Shown: piece by piece, positions 48,752 through 58,355 of the stretch
Layout: each line of letters opens with the position of its first letter
Position numbering within the stretch: the stretch's first letter is position 1
Assembly (NCBI GenBank): GCA_011364925.1
Contig: RDOA01000004.1
Location: 13,011 to 77,010 of the forward strand
DNA length: 64,000 bases
Source of the DNA: Promethearchaeota archaeon
Lineage (GTDB): Archaea; Asgardarchaeota; Lokiarchaeia; Sigyniarchaeales; SOKP01
Direction of reading: 5' to 3'
Notes under the pieces: model-generated
Seen by the model: the letters and a program-made list of their open reading frames with translations, nothing else
Database searches by the model: none
Told to the model about the DNA's origin: nothing
Program-made: the position numbers and the translations under genes

Positions 48752-49018
48752 CTAAGGATATGACCTTTATCTATAGCAGAAGGTGACCTATTGAGATAAT
48801 GAAAGGGGTGAATATAAATTTCTTTCGATTTCAAAACATCAGAATTCACAACTTTCTTTTTGGATTCTCATATATTAAGCTTTATGTCAGTTAAGAAAGA
48901 ATAACGATATTTTATATAATTTTTGGTGCATTTCCCTATTTAAATTAATAGGAAGAATTTTATTTTAATAGGTATTAGTTTTTATATTGATCATTATTCC
49001 TTAATTTGTGAAATATCT

Positions 49019-49318
49019 ATGGTAGATGCAAAAAAAGACTTTCAAAAAATCCTAGGTTCTGTTCAAAAACCCGTTAAAGGTGAAGCTGGAAAAACAGGCA
49101 CTTGGAGTTCTAAAAAACCTATAATAGATCTAGAGAAATGCATTCCTGTAAAATCTGGGAAGCCAAGTTGCTTTAATTGTTGGTTGTATTGTCCAGAAGC
49201 AGTAGTAACAAGGACTATTCCTCCAAAAATAGATTTAGAATATTGTAAAGGATGTGGGATATGTCAGATGGAATGTCCTGTAAAAGCAATTTCTATGGAA
49301 GAGGTGAAAATTGAATGA
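49019..49318 (+). CDS. porD: 2-oxoacid:ferredoxin oxidoreductase delta subunit
   Basis: TGTW...P, C...C..CWLYCPE, YCKGCGIC...CP. Confidence 0.9.
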   Translation: MVDAKKDFQKILGSVQKPVKGEAGKTGTWSSKKPIIDLEKCIPVKSGKPSCFNCWLYCPEAVVTRTIPPKIDLEYCKGCGICQMECPVKAISMEEVKIE

Positions 49319-50613
49319 CAATATCCGAGAAAAGCGAGAAAATTAGAGATTTAAAAACAAAAATCTTAACTGGAAACCACGCCGCAGCACATGCGTTAAG
49401 ACAAGCTAAAGTTGGAGTTATAGCTGCTTATCCAATAACTCCACAAAGCCCTGTTGTAGAAAAAATTGCAGAATTCATATCTAAGGGAAAATTAAACGCC
49501 CGATTTGTAAAAGTAGAGTCAGAACATTCTGCTCTTGCTGTATGTTGTGCGGCTTCTGCAACTGGGTCTAGAGTTGGGACTGCAACTTCGTCACATGGAT
49601 TGATGCTAATGTATGAAATGCTACCTTGGGCATCTGGAAATAGATTACCAATTATTATTAACTTAGCAACTCGAGCTACTGGTGCACCATGGTCCGTTTG
49701 GACAGATCATCAGGATTTTATAACAATTCGTGATGTGGGTTGGATTCAGATGTTTTGTATGGATAACCAAGAGATTTACGATACAAATTTACAAGCCTTT
49801 AAAATAGCAGAAGATCCACGGGTTTTTCTTCCAGCGATCGTTGCTTATGACGGCTATATTTTATCTCATACAATGATGCCAGTATCAATAGAGAAACAAG
49901 ATGAAGTTGACAATTTTCTACCTCCATTAGAACATCATTACAACCTTTCTGACATTTCAGTTGTAAAGGGGATAGATCCAGTTACTACACCTTATTTAAG
50001 AGATAGAAGTTCTGAAGGTATAGCTCCAGGGTACTTTGAGTATCGCTATGCAATGCAAAAAGCTCTTGAAAATTCAATTGAAATTATTATGAAAGTACAT
50101 GATGAATTTTCAGAAAAATTTGGGCGTTCCTATGGAAATGGTATTTATAAAACATATTTAACTGAAGATGCTGAGGTTATTATATTCGCAATGGGATCAG
50201 TCGCGTCACAAGCAAGGAATGTTATCGGTCAGCTTCGGAAAGAAGGAATGAAAGTCGGATTAGTAAGTTTAAAACTATTTAGACCTTTCCCTGCTTCACA
50301 GTTGCGAGCTTTATTAAAGGGTGTAAAACTAGTAGTTGTGTTTGATCGAGATATCGGATATGGTTATGAGGGCGTTCTATCGTACGAATTGAAGGCAGCT
50401 TTGTACGGTTTAAAAGAATCGCCTTTTATTAAAGGATTTATTGTGGGATTGGGTGGTAGAGATATAACCGATCAACATATAAAGAAAGGAATAACCAAAG
50501 CACTCAAAGAATCAGAAAAAGGTATTATTTCTCACGAAACTGATTTCATAGGTACACAATTGGAGTTGTTAAGTGAATATGATGAAAAAGAATATTTTAA
50601 AGGAGGCTTATGA
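49315..50613 (+). CDS. porA: 2-oxoacid:ferredoxin oxidoreductase alpha subunit
   Basis: AYPITPQ, VESEHSA, TATSS.GL, FRPFP, GLGGRD. Confidence 0.92.
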   Translation: MTISEKSEKIRDLKTKILTGNHAAAHALRQAKVGVIAAYPITPQSPVVEKIAEFISKGKLNARFVKVESEHSALAVCCAASATGSRVGTATSSHGLMLMYEMLPWASGNRLPIIINLATRATGAPWSVWTDHQDFITIRDVGWIQMFCMDNQEIYDTNLQAFKIAEDPRVFLPAIVAYDGYILSHTMMPVSIEKQDEVDNFLPPLEHHYNLSDISVVKGIDPVTTPYLRDRSSEGIAPGYFEYRYAMQKALENSIEIIMKVHDEFSEKFGRSYGNGIYKTYLTEDAEVIIFAMGSVASQARNVIGQLRKEGMKVGLVSLKLFRPFPASQLRALLKGVKLVVVFDRDIGYGYEGVLSYELKAALYGLKESPFIKGFIVGLGGRDITDQHIKKGITKALKESEKGIISHETDFIGTQLELLSEYDEKEYFKGGL

Positions 50614-51515
50614 AAATGGTTAAAACGATGGATCTTCCCGAAGAAGAATATATTCTTCCTGGAACCAGAGCTTGTGCAGGATGTTCTATGGCGCTAATTT
50701 ACAGGATAGCCTTAAAAGCATTAGGTCCAAACACGATAATTACTGTTCCAGCATCGTGTTTAACTGTACTCCATGGAATGCAAGGATTTTGTACAACCAA
50801 AGTTTCGGTACTTCACACCCCTTTTGCCACTACAGGCGCATCAGCATCGGGTATCGTAGCGTCTCTTGAAGACAAGGGATTAGCAGATGAAATTAATGTC
50901 GTAGCGTTTGCAGGTGATGGAGGTACGGTTGATATTGGAATCCAAAGCTTAAGTGGAGCGGTTGAACGAGGTACAAATTTTATTTTTGCATGCTACGATA
51001 ATGAAGCTTATATGAATACAGGAGTTCAGAGGAGTGGAAGTACCCCGCCAGGAGCTTTTAGCACCACTACGCCAAATGGGAAAACGGGGTATAAGAAAAA
51101 TATGGCTAAAATTCTAGAAGCTCATGGTATACCATATGTAGCAACAGCAATATCCTCTTACCCTCTTGATTTATATCAGAAATTTAGAAACGCGGTAGAA
51201 ATTAAGGGTCCAAAGTACATCCACATTCTCGCTCCATGTCCTCCTGGTTGGGGGTATAATCCAAAAGACTCAATTGAAATCGGGAGACTAGCGGTTCAAA
51301 CTGGTTTTTGGCCTTTATACGAAGTTATCGAAGGAAAATTTATCTTATCAAAAGATAGTCAAAAATTTATAGATCCTGCTAAGCGAAAACCTATTACTGA
51401 TTATTTAAAAGCTCAAAAAAGGTTTAAGAGTATATCTGATAAAGAAATTAAGCAATATCAGAATTATATAGAAGCACAATGGAATGAAATTGAAAAAAGA
51501 ATTAAAAATGAATAG
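50610..51515 (+). CDS. porB: 2-oxoacid:ferredoxin oxidoreductase beta subunit
   Basis: ACAGC, GDGG..DIG, YDNEAYMNTG.Q.S, PCP.GW. Confidence 0.92.
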   Translation: MKMVKTMDLPEEEYILPGTRACAGCSMALIYRIALKALGPNTIITVPASCLTVLHGMQGFCTTKVSVLHTPFATTGASASGIVASLEDKGLADEINVVAFAGDGGTVDIGIQSLSGAVERGTNFIFACYDNEAYMNTGVQRSGSTPPGAFSTTTPNGKTGYKKNMAKILEAHGIPYVATAISSYPLDLYQKFRNAVEIKGPKYIHILAPCPPGWGYNPKDSIEIGRLAVQTGFWPLYEVIEGKFILSKDSQKFIDPAKRKPITDYLKAQKRFKSISDKEIKQYQNYIEAQWNEIEKRIKNE

Positions 51516-51634
51516 CGTAAATAACTATTAATTCCTTCTTAAAATTCTTTAGGTACATTTATCTACTTCTAACAAATTAGTTAAGAGATAGAAAAGAATA
51601 TAAACTAATTAAAGTTAAAAATACTTGATTCTAT

Positions 51635-52420
51635 ATGCTAAAGACATATATTTTCGACGATGCTAATAAGAAATGGATTGAAGAGGATAAAAGCCTATTG
51701 TACCACGATCTCTGTGCAATTTTAGATGAAGAACATAACATTATTTATGTATGGAATGGACCAAAAAGTTCTCAAGAAAGGTTAAAAAGGGGATATGAAC
51801 AATTAGAAAAGTTAATGTCCACTTACCCTACAATCAATTTTCAATTATCTATATTAAAAAAAAAAATCCCAAAGCACATTCAGGATAAAATTGACTTAAT
51901 GTTAGGGGAAATTAACCAAAAGGAAGATAAAGAGTTTTATAAATTTAGCCGTTTTTCGACTTTAAGATTGTATTTAATTTTATTATTGATCTCAACAATT
52001 TTACCTTTTTTTTTGCTTTTAAACTTAACATCATCACTATCATGGTATAAAATTGGGATGAATTTTGAGATTGGAGCAGATGAGTATAATATATGGTTAA
52101 CAATATCCTCTATATTAACAATCATTATTCTAATCTCTTTCAGTATTATGATAATTATAGGTATAATTGAAATAGAGTACCAAGTTATAGTTTTATCCTC
52201 ATTAGGCACACTTGTTTGCATCGGTTTATCTATTTATTTTCAGCAGGGAATATTTTTGTTTCTGTTTCAAACGGGATATTCCTCTTCAATTTATTACATT
52301 AGCCAAAAAGATATCATTGAGTTTTTAATTATAGTTTCTTTAGGAATATTTGTTTTTGAAATTCCAAATATTTTAAAACTTATTTCATTCTTAAGAATTT
52401 ATAGGAATTTCGTTTTTTAA
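51635..52420 (+). CDS. Gelsolin-like N-terminal domain fused to a four-helix membrane domain
   Basis: L..HDLCAILDEEHNIIYVWNGPKSSQERL resembles the gelsolin-repeat core; four hydrophobic segments in the C-terminal ~150 aa. Confidence 0.6.
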   Translation: MLKTYIFDDANKKWIEEDKSLLYHDLCAILDEEHNIIYVWNGPKSSQERLKRGYEQLEKLMSTYPTINFQLSILKKKIPKHIQDKIDLMLGEINQKEDKEFYKFSRFSTLRLYLILLLISTILPFFLLLNLTSSLSWYKIGMNFEIGADEYNIWLTISSILTIIILISFSIMIIIGIIEIEYQVIVLSSLGTLVCIGLSIYFQQGIFLFLFQTGYSSSIYYISQKDIIEFLIIVSLGIFVFEIPNILKLISFLRIYRNFVF

Positions 52421-52472
52421 AATAAAATTCAAGACTATATTAAACACAGAGAATATATTTTAAGATATCAAC

Positions 52473-53354
52473 ATGGCAGAAGCAGCAGAAATTCTTCCAG
52501 AGCTGGAAAAAGAAGATTTGAGAATTTTAATGGCAATTGAAATAGGAATGAAAAGATCCGAATATGTAACAGTAAATAATATCAAATTCTACTCTAGATA
52601 TCCAATGGAAGAAACTTTATTTCGCCTTAAAAGGGTTCATAAGTGGAATTTAACAGTTCGAGACTCTTCTAAAAACGAAATTGCCTATACACTTAATTCA
52701 ATTGGATATGATGTGCTAGGACTTCATACATTGGTCGAAAAAAATGTAATAAGTCAATTAGGACCATTAATTGGTAAAGGAAAAGAATCAGATGTTTACG
52801 GATGCATGGATGAAAATAATAATATATACGCTTTGAAAATCTATAGGATAGGTAGGACCAGTTTTAAAAATATTAGAAAGCTTAGAAGTTTTCAAGGAGA
52901 AAGGAAACACATTTCTTGGTTATACGTTAATAGGCTAGCCGCTAAAAAAGAATTTAAAGCTTTAGGTAAAATATACAAACTTAAATTAAATACCCCCAAA
53001 CCCATTGGTTTTAATAGACATTTGATTGTAATGTCTTATTTGAGAGGAAAAGAATTAGCTTATATCCAACATTTAAGAAATCCAAGTAAAATTTTTAATA
53101 GGATCATTAAACAGATGAAAATTATTTATCAGAAAGCGAACATGATTCATGGTGATCTTGGAGAATTTAATATTATCTTAGATCATAAAGAAAAGATATT
53201 AATTATTGATTGGCTTCAATGGATTCCTTCAGATCATCCAAATGCTAACTCAATTTTGGAAAGAGATGTCGAGAATGTATGCAATTTCTTTAAAAAAAAA
53301 TACAATGTGGAAAGTAACCCTACCAAAATTATTCAATCATTTTATAAAAAATAA
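52473..53354 (+). CDS. rio2: RIO2-type Ser/Thr kinase
   Basis: N-terminal wHTH, GYD, GKGKESDVY, R.GRTSF, IHGDL.EFNI, IDW.Q. Confidence 0.92.
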   Translation: MAEAAEILPELEKEDLRILMAIEIGMKRSEYVTVNNIKFYSRYPMEETLFRLKRVHKWNLTVRDSSKNEIAYTLNSIGYDVLGLHTLVEKNVISQLGPLIGKGKESDVYGCMDENNNIYALKIYRIGRTSFKNIRKLRSFQGERKHISWLYVNRLAAKKEFKALGKIYKLKLNTPKPIGFNRHLIVMSYLRGKELAYIQHLRNPSKIFNRIIKQMKIIYQKANMIHGDLGEFNIILDHKEKILIIDWLQWIPSDHPNANSILERDVENVCNFFKKKYNVESNPTKIIQSFYKK

Positions 53355-53362
53355 TTAAAAAA

Positions 53363-53962
53363 TTAGTCTTTTTTTAAGTTTCCTTCTATGAACACATCCT
53401 CTAAATCTTCTAAAATAATGGTTTTAAGATTGATTGTATGGGAATCAAGAAAATCAGTCATTTCTTCTAATTCTAATTGTTTTTTAAGAATTGATAATTT
53501 CATAATTGTGCTCTTTTTACCTACTCTAAACAGCTCTTTTAATCCTTTATTTAACACTTGTAAATTCTGTAATGATGTGAAAGACAAAATAAGATTGAAT
53601 ACTCCCTCTCGAAATGGTAGATTTTCAATGTCTCCTAAAATTAGGCTAATTTTACCAAAGTAATTCCTCTTTTTTAATTTTTTAACAAACTCCTGAAGCA
53701 TTTTCCATGAGATATCTAAACCTATATACTGTACATCTTTGTGAAAATTTTCATCGTGTAAATTAGAAATAAATTCAAGTAGAAGGCCTGTACCGCACCC
53801 TGCATCTAGTATAGTGATATGCTTAAAATGAATATTTGATAGTTGAAAATTAAACTTCTCATTTTGGATCCTCCTATATCTCTCATCGTAAAAGCTAGAG
53901 GTTGAATTATATTTCTCAATAATTATTTTTTTCTTGTCTGAATCTTCATTTAAAGGTTTCAA
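53363..53962 (-). CDS. Class I SAM-dependent methyltransferase
   Basis: ILDAGCGTG, GLDIS..ML, GD.ENLPF. Confidence 0.85.
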   Translation of the reverse strand: MKPLNEDSDKKKIIIEKYNSTSSFYDERYRRIQNEKFNFQLSNIHFKHITILDAGCGTGLLLEFISNLHDENFHKDVQYIGLDISWKMLQEFVKKLKKRNYFGKISLILGDIENLPFREGVFNLILSFTSLQNLQVLNKGLKELFRVGKKSTIMKLSILKKQLELEEMTDFLDSHTINLKTIILEDLEDVFIEGNLKKD

Positions 53963-54056
53963 TATTCTTAGTAAGGTTTTAATTCGAAAAATGTTTTTCT
54001 TTAAATTATCTTTTCAATAATTATAATATTAATGTTTTTTTGATAAAGGTTATAAT

Positions 54057-54311
54057 ATGTCCAATCAAAACAATAGAAATAAAAACCCATTACATATTTT
54101 GCAAGCCGCACAAAACAGTGAAATATTGCTTAGATTAAAGGATGGAACGGAATATAGAGGATTATTAAAAGAGATTGACGCTTATATGAATATGATTTTG
54201 GAAAATGCCACAGAAATAATGGATGGTAGTCCTGTAGCAAAATATAATGAAATCTTCATTCGTGGTAATAATTTACTATTTATAAAGCCAGATGCTTCTC
54301 AAATTACCTAA
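54057..54311 (+). CDS. Sm-like (SmAP/Lsm) RNA-binding protein
   Basis: LKDG.EYRG.L...D.YMN..L (Sm1) and IRGNN (Sm2). Confidence 0.93.
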   Translation: MSNQNNRNKNPLHILQAAQNSEILLRLKDGTEYRGLLKEIDAYMNMILENATEIMDGSPVAKYNEIFIRGNNLLFIKPDASQIT

Positions 54312-54324
54312 ATGAGAACTGTTA

Positions 54325-54768
54325 TTGAAAGCAAGTAACTCAATGAGTTTAAATCTCATTCCAATTGTTGGTTATGGCACTTTCATAACTAAAAACCTCT
54401 GGATTGATAAAGCTAATATTGAAGTTTGCCTTGTTAAAAATTTTACAAGGATTTACCCTAAAGGATCATGGTTTCCATACGCTTTGAGATCAAATGGTTC
54501 TTTCAAAGCACTAAAATTCGATGTTAACAAACAAGAACTAAGAACCTTGGATTTAATTGAGGGAGTTAATGAAGGACTATTTGAAAGAGTATCTACCGAA
54601 ATATTTCTCAAAAATAATGTAAAATCATCTGCTTTTATTTATATACCCACTCCTAATACAATCAGATCAGAAAACTTAAGTTTGGAATTAGATACAACAG
54701 ATCGATGGTTGAAAGAAATTCAAAAGAGTCCTAAAGCCTTAAAAAGATTTCCTGAATTAATTACATAG
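54325..54768 (+). CDS. Gamma-glutamylcyclotransferase-like protein
   Basis: GYGT, LD..EG...G.FER, A.IY. Confidence 0.7.
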   Translation: MKASNSMSLNLIPIVGYGTFITKNLWIDKANIEVCLVKNFTRIYPKGSWFPYALRSNGSFKALKFDVNKQELRTLDLIEGVNEGLFERVSTEIFLKNNVKSSAFIYIPTPNTIRSENLSLELDTTDRWLKEIQKSPKALKRFPELIT

Positions 54769-55656
54769 TTAGTCAACTATTTTTGCTTCGACCAAGTCTT
54801 TTTTTATTATAGCGTATGATGCTGGATTCGTCGCCCTATAATTATCGGAAGAAAATATTGATAGTAATCTCTTGTTGAAAAACCATCTGTAACCTTCTGG
54901 AAATACTTCATGCGATCTGATTAAATAATTTAAATTATAATCTTTCATAAAGTCATCAAAAACATCTTCACCAAAGAATTTTATTCCAGGTCCTCGAAAA
55001 CTTTCAGAAAAGCCTTTTAATCCTGATTTAGGGTCATTCCACATAATTTGCATAAGAATCTTCGCTATAGATTTGAAAGTTAGAGCAATATCTTTTGGTT
55101 TCAAACCCTTTAATTTTCTCATAAATTCGATGTCCTCTGGAATACCACCATGTAAGCATAGAATAGAATTATTCACCAGAGCACAGAAAGGAAGTGCTAG
55201 ATATAAAGATAAAATTTCATCAAATTTCATTTGACCATAAAATTTTGACATAAATACAGAATAAAAACCATAATATTGGTTCATTTCTAATGTCTCGTGA
55301 TTACCCTTTAATATATAGTATTTATCAGGATATCGAATTTTTAACGCTAGTACCATTATTAAGCATTCTAATTGATAGGGACCTCTATCGACAATATCAC
55401 CTAAAAATATTACAAATCTGGGATTGGTTTGCTCAATAATCTCAACTAATTTTTGTAAACACCTCAAGTTTCCGTGAATATCTCCAATAACATATACCTC
55501 TCTCTCAATTTCCTTAACATTTAATTCCAATAGCAGTGGTTCTTCTTTCAATATATTCACAGCCTGATGGATAATTTGTAAAATACTGTGATATTCTAAT
55601 TTAGATATTTCATCTGGGTTAGCAATAAGGTCTTTTAAAAACGCTTTATCTATCAA
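54769..55656 (-). CDS. PPP-family Ser/Thr protein phosphatase (PP1/PP2A-like)
   Basis: GDIHG, GDIVDRG, GNHE, HGG, WNDP, RSHE, FSS.NY. Confidence 0.92.
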   Translation of the reverse strand: MIDKAFLKDLIANPDEISKLEYHSILQIIHQAVNILKEEPLLLELNVKEIEREVYVIGDIHGNLRCLQKLVEIIEQTNPRFVIFLGDIVDRGPYQLECLIMVLALKIRYPDKYYILKGNHETLEMNQYYGFYSVFMSKFYGQMKFDEILSLYLALPFCALVNNSILCLHGGIPEDIEFMRKLKGLKPKDIALTFKSIAKILMQIMWNDPKSGLKGFSESFRGPGIKFFGEDVFDDFMKDYNLNYLIRSHEVFPEGYRWFFNKRLLSIFSSDNYRATNPASYAIIKKDLVEAKIVD

Positions 55657-55823
55657 TTTTTAATCTTCTTTATATATGAAATTTGTTTTTCATCTGTACT
55701 AGTGATACTTTAATTTTTAAATTAGTATGTTATATTTAAATAGAAATAAGATTTGATTGAAAAAAAAGCGTAAAGTTCTCTAATTTAATTCGATTTTGAA
55801 TCCTAAAAATAATTTAAATAACG

Positions 55824-57869
55824 TTGAGTTATGTCATGATTTCAGCTTTGGAAAACCTAATTATCGCATTTGAAAATCAGAAACTTACAGAGAAAAACTG
55901 TAATAAAGATCGGGGCGTAATATATACACCTCAACCGATTGCTGATTTTATGGTTTTGAATGCTTTTCATATTTTTTTTGATGATTTCCCTCAAATTCAA
56001 AAAATCTTTCAAAATGATTACGACGAGACAAAAATGAAACAAATTTTTACAAGTAATAAAAGTTGTAAAGATCAATTTGAAATTAAAATTAGAAATATTA
56101 AAATATTAGATCCTGCTTGTGGTACGGGAAGATATTTAATTGCTATCGCTAATCTTCTTTTTAAAATTTATAAACTACTAAAGTCAGAGTTCTCGGATCG
56201 TGCAATTAAAAAAGAAGTAATTCAGAATCACCTCTACGGAATTGAAATCGATGAGGCAGCACTAATAGTATCAAAAATTCGTTTAATATCTTGGATTTAT
56301 TCTGAAGATGATACTCCCCATTTAGATGAAATTATTGATTTAAATTCAAATTTAAGCGAAATTAATCGCATTATTGATAAATTCAGTGTGAAATTTAATC
56401 TATTTAATGTTGATTATCTTATAGATTTTAATTCTGATGATATTGATATTATTATAGGAAATCCTCCCTATGTTGAAAATAAAAAGATTTTAGATTTAGA
56501 ATTCAAAAACAGAATAAAAAAAAAATTCGAGACTGCTTATGGTTTATATGATCTTAGTATTATTTTCATTGAAAAATCGATCGGATTATTAAAAAATGAA
56601 ACTGGTTGCTTATCCTTTCTAACAACTAATAAATTCTTATCGGCGGATTATGGTCTAAAAATCAGACAGATGCTAATGAGAGAAACAGAACTTAAAGAAA
56701 TTATAAATATCTCATCATTATCTGTTTTTCATAAAACTGCCGCTTATCCTATAATAATTACTGCCAAAAAGAGAACGGGAACTAATAATACAGTTATCAT
56801 AAAGAAGTTTAATCTTATTGAGGATTTTAATCGGTCTAAAAACGAGAAAGTTATGGAGTTTGCCCAAGAATCAATTAAAAATCTTCCTTCTTCTGTAATA
56901 CCCATATCCCATAATGTAAAATTGGTAAACCAATTGTATTCAACTTTCAGACCATTGAATCAAGTAATAAGGGACTTAAAAATTCTATATCGTCCTTTTG
57001 GATTTATTAATTGGGCAGAAAATGTTAAAAATATTAGTAAAAGTAAAACATCTGATAAAGATTTATTGCTAATTGGAACTGGAAATGTTCGGAAGTATCA
57101 TATTAATTTTAAGAAAAAAATTAAAATTGCAAAAACAAATCACGAAATAACTTATTTTAAATTTCATAATGAATATAAACAAGTTTGGACCAACCTTTCC
57201 AGTGAAAAATTAATTATTAGGGAAATAGCTAAAGATTTAACTTGTGTATATGATCCTGGAGTTTACGCTAATTTAACCGGATTATACTTTATACATGTAC
57301 CTTCGTTTGAAACTAAGGATTACTTTAATCTATTGACAATACTAAATTCAGATCTAATTAACTTAGTTTTTAAGACTCTATATGGAACTCTCCATATGTC
57401 TGGAGGCTACTTAAGGTTTAACGGAAGTTTCATAAAAAGTCTTCCTCTCCCAGAGAAAATTCCTCTCGCACTCTCATACATTGGCAAGATACTCCAATTT
57501 CTTTATCACCTAAAGTATGAAATGCAACAAAAAGCTGGTTATCATTCACCAAAAGGATTTGAAATGAAAGACATCCTATATCCCCTCAAATTTTACGAGA
57601 AATTATCCAACTCTTTGATAAACCAACTCTATTTATGTTTAAAGCCGTGTGATGAATTTTTTTCAATTCTAAACTGTTTATCTCCAATCCCTAATATAGA
57701 ATTTAAGTTCGTGAATCCAAGTTATAAACTACCGAATTATGAAACTTATACAAAAGAAGAAATAAAAGAACACTTAAACGAAATCAATAAAAGTTTTAAT
57801 CTTTTAAGAAATGAACAGAAACTGATTAATGGTATGAATAAATACTTAAAGTATCTGGTAAAAAATTAA
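55824..57869 (+). CDS. N6-adenine DNA methyltransferase (TaqI/Eco57I-like), no adjacent endonuclease
   Basis: GVIYTP, DPACGTG, GIEID, IGNPPY, C-terminal target-recognition-like region. Confidence 0.85.
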   Translation: MSYVMISALENLIIAFENQKLTEKNCNKDRGVIYTPQPIADFMVLNAFHIFFDDFPQIQKIFQNDYDETKMKQIFTSNKSCKDQFEIKIRNIKILDPACGTGRYLIAIANLLFKIYKLLKSEFSDRAIKKEVIQNHLYGIEIDEAALIVSKIRLISWIYSEDDTPHLDEIIDLNSNLSEINRIIDKFSVKFNLFNVDYLIDFNSDDIDIIIGNPPYVENKKILDLEFKNRIKKKFETAYGLYDLSIIFIEKSIGLLKNETGCLSFLTTNKFLSADYGLKIRQMLMRETELKEIINISSLSVFHKTAAYPIIITAKKRTGTNNTVIIKKFNLIEDFNRSKNEKVMEFAQESIKNLPSSVIPISHNVKLVNQLYSTFRPLNQVIRDLKILYRPFGFINWAENVKNISKSKTSDKDLLLIGTGNVRKYHINFKKKIKIAKTNHEITYFKFHNEYKQVWTNLSSEKLIIREIAKDLTCVYDPGVYANLTGLYFIHVPSFETKDYFNLLTILNSDLINLVFKTLYGTLHMSGGYLRFNGSFIKSLPLPEKIPLALSYIGKILQFLYHLKYEMQQKAGYHSPKGFEMKDILYPLKFYEKLSNSLINQLYLCLKPCDEFFSILNCLSPIPNIEFKFVNPSYKLPNYETYTKEEIKEHLNEINKSFNLLRNEQKLINGMNKYLKYLVKN

Positions 57870-57946
57870 ATTCTGAAAAATATATAATAATAAAAGCTAA
57901 ATTTTAGATTATGTTATATTATTTTTAAAAATTAAATAATATTAAT

Positions 57947-58273
57947 GTGAATTCAATGGCTAAAAAAAAGAATGTACCAGATGAAACTGAAGTGGAAGAC
58001 GTTCCAGATGGAAAAATGGATGAAGATGGAGACGAGATACTGGATTTATACGATGAAAGAGATAATCTTGAGGAAGATCTTGATTACGATCTGAGCGAAA
58101 TTGAGGATGAAATGTTAGCAGACGAGACTGAAGACGAAGAATTCGGAATGGAAGTTGATGATGTTGTTAAAATGTTGAGAAGTGTCAAGTGTGATCCATG
58201 TCCTGGTTTAAAGAGCAAACCAGGCTGTCAAATTGCTCACGATTATGGTTGTCCAAAACCAAATAAGCCATAA
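57947..58273 (+). CDS. Small, highly acidic protein with C-terminal Cys/His motif
   Basis: D/E-rich stretch of about 60 aa, then CDPC-x8-C-x3-H-x3-C. Confidence 0.7.
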   Translation: MNSMAKKKNVPDETEVEDVPDGKMDEDGDEILDLYDERDNLEEDLDYDLSEIEDEMLADETEDEEFGMEVDDVVKMLRSVKCDPCPGLKSKPGCQIAHDYGCPKPNKP

Positions 58274-58355
58274 ATTACAAAATTTATTTTCTTTCATTTT
58301 TTTTAAAATATTTTTAGTTTTCTTTTCCATAAAGGATAATATCTAGGGATATTCG

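Noticed and set aside
46476-49018. Transposon carrying the histidine kinase
   Set aside because: No transposase, terminal inverted repeats or target-site duplication that I could see.
51960-52420. Claudin or tetraspanin identity of the four-TM domain
   Set aside because: No GLW/Cys-pair or CCG signatures; only the helix count is similar.
55824-58273. Complete restriction-modification or BREX-type defence system
   Set aside because: No nuclease, ATPase or PglZ-like gene adjacent.
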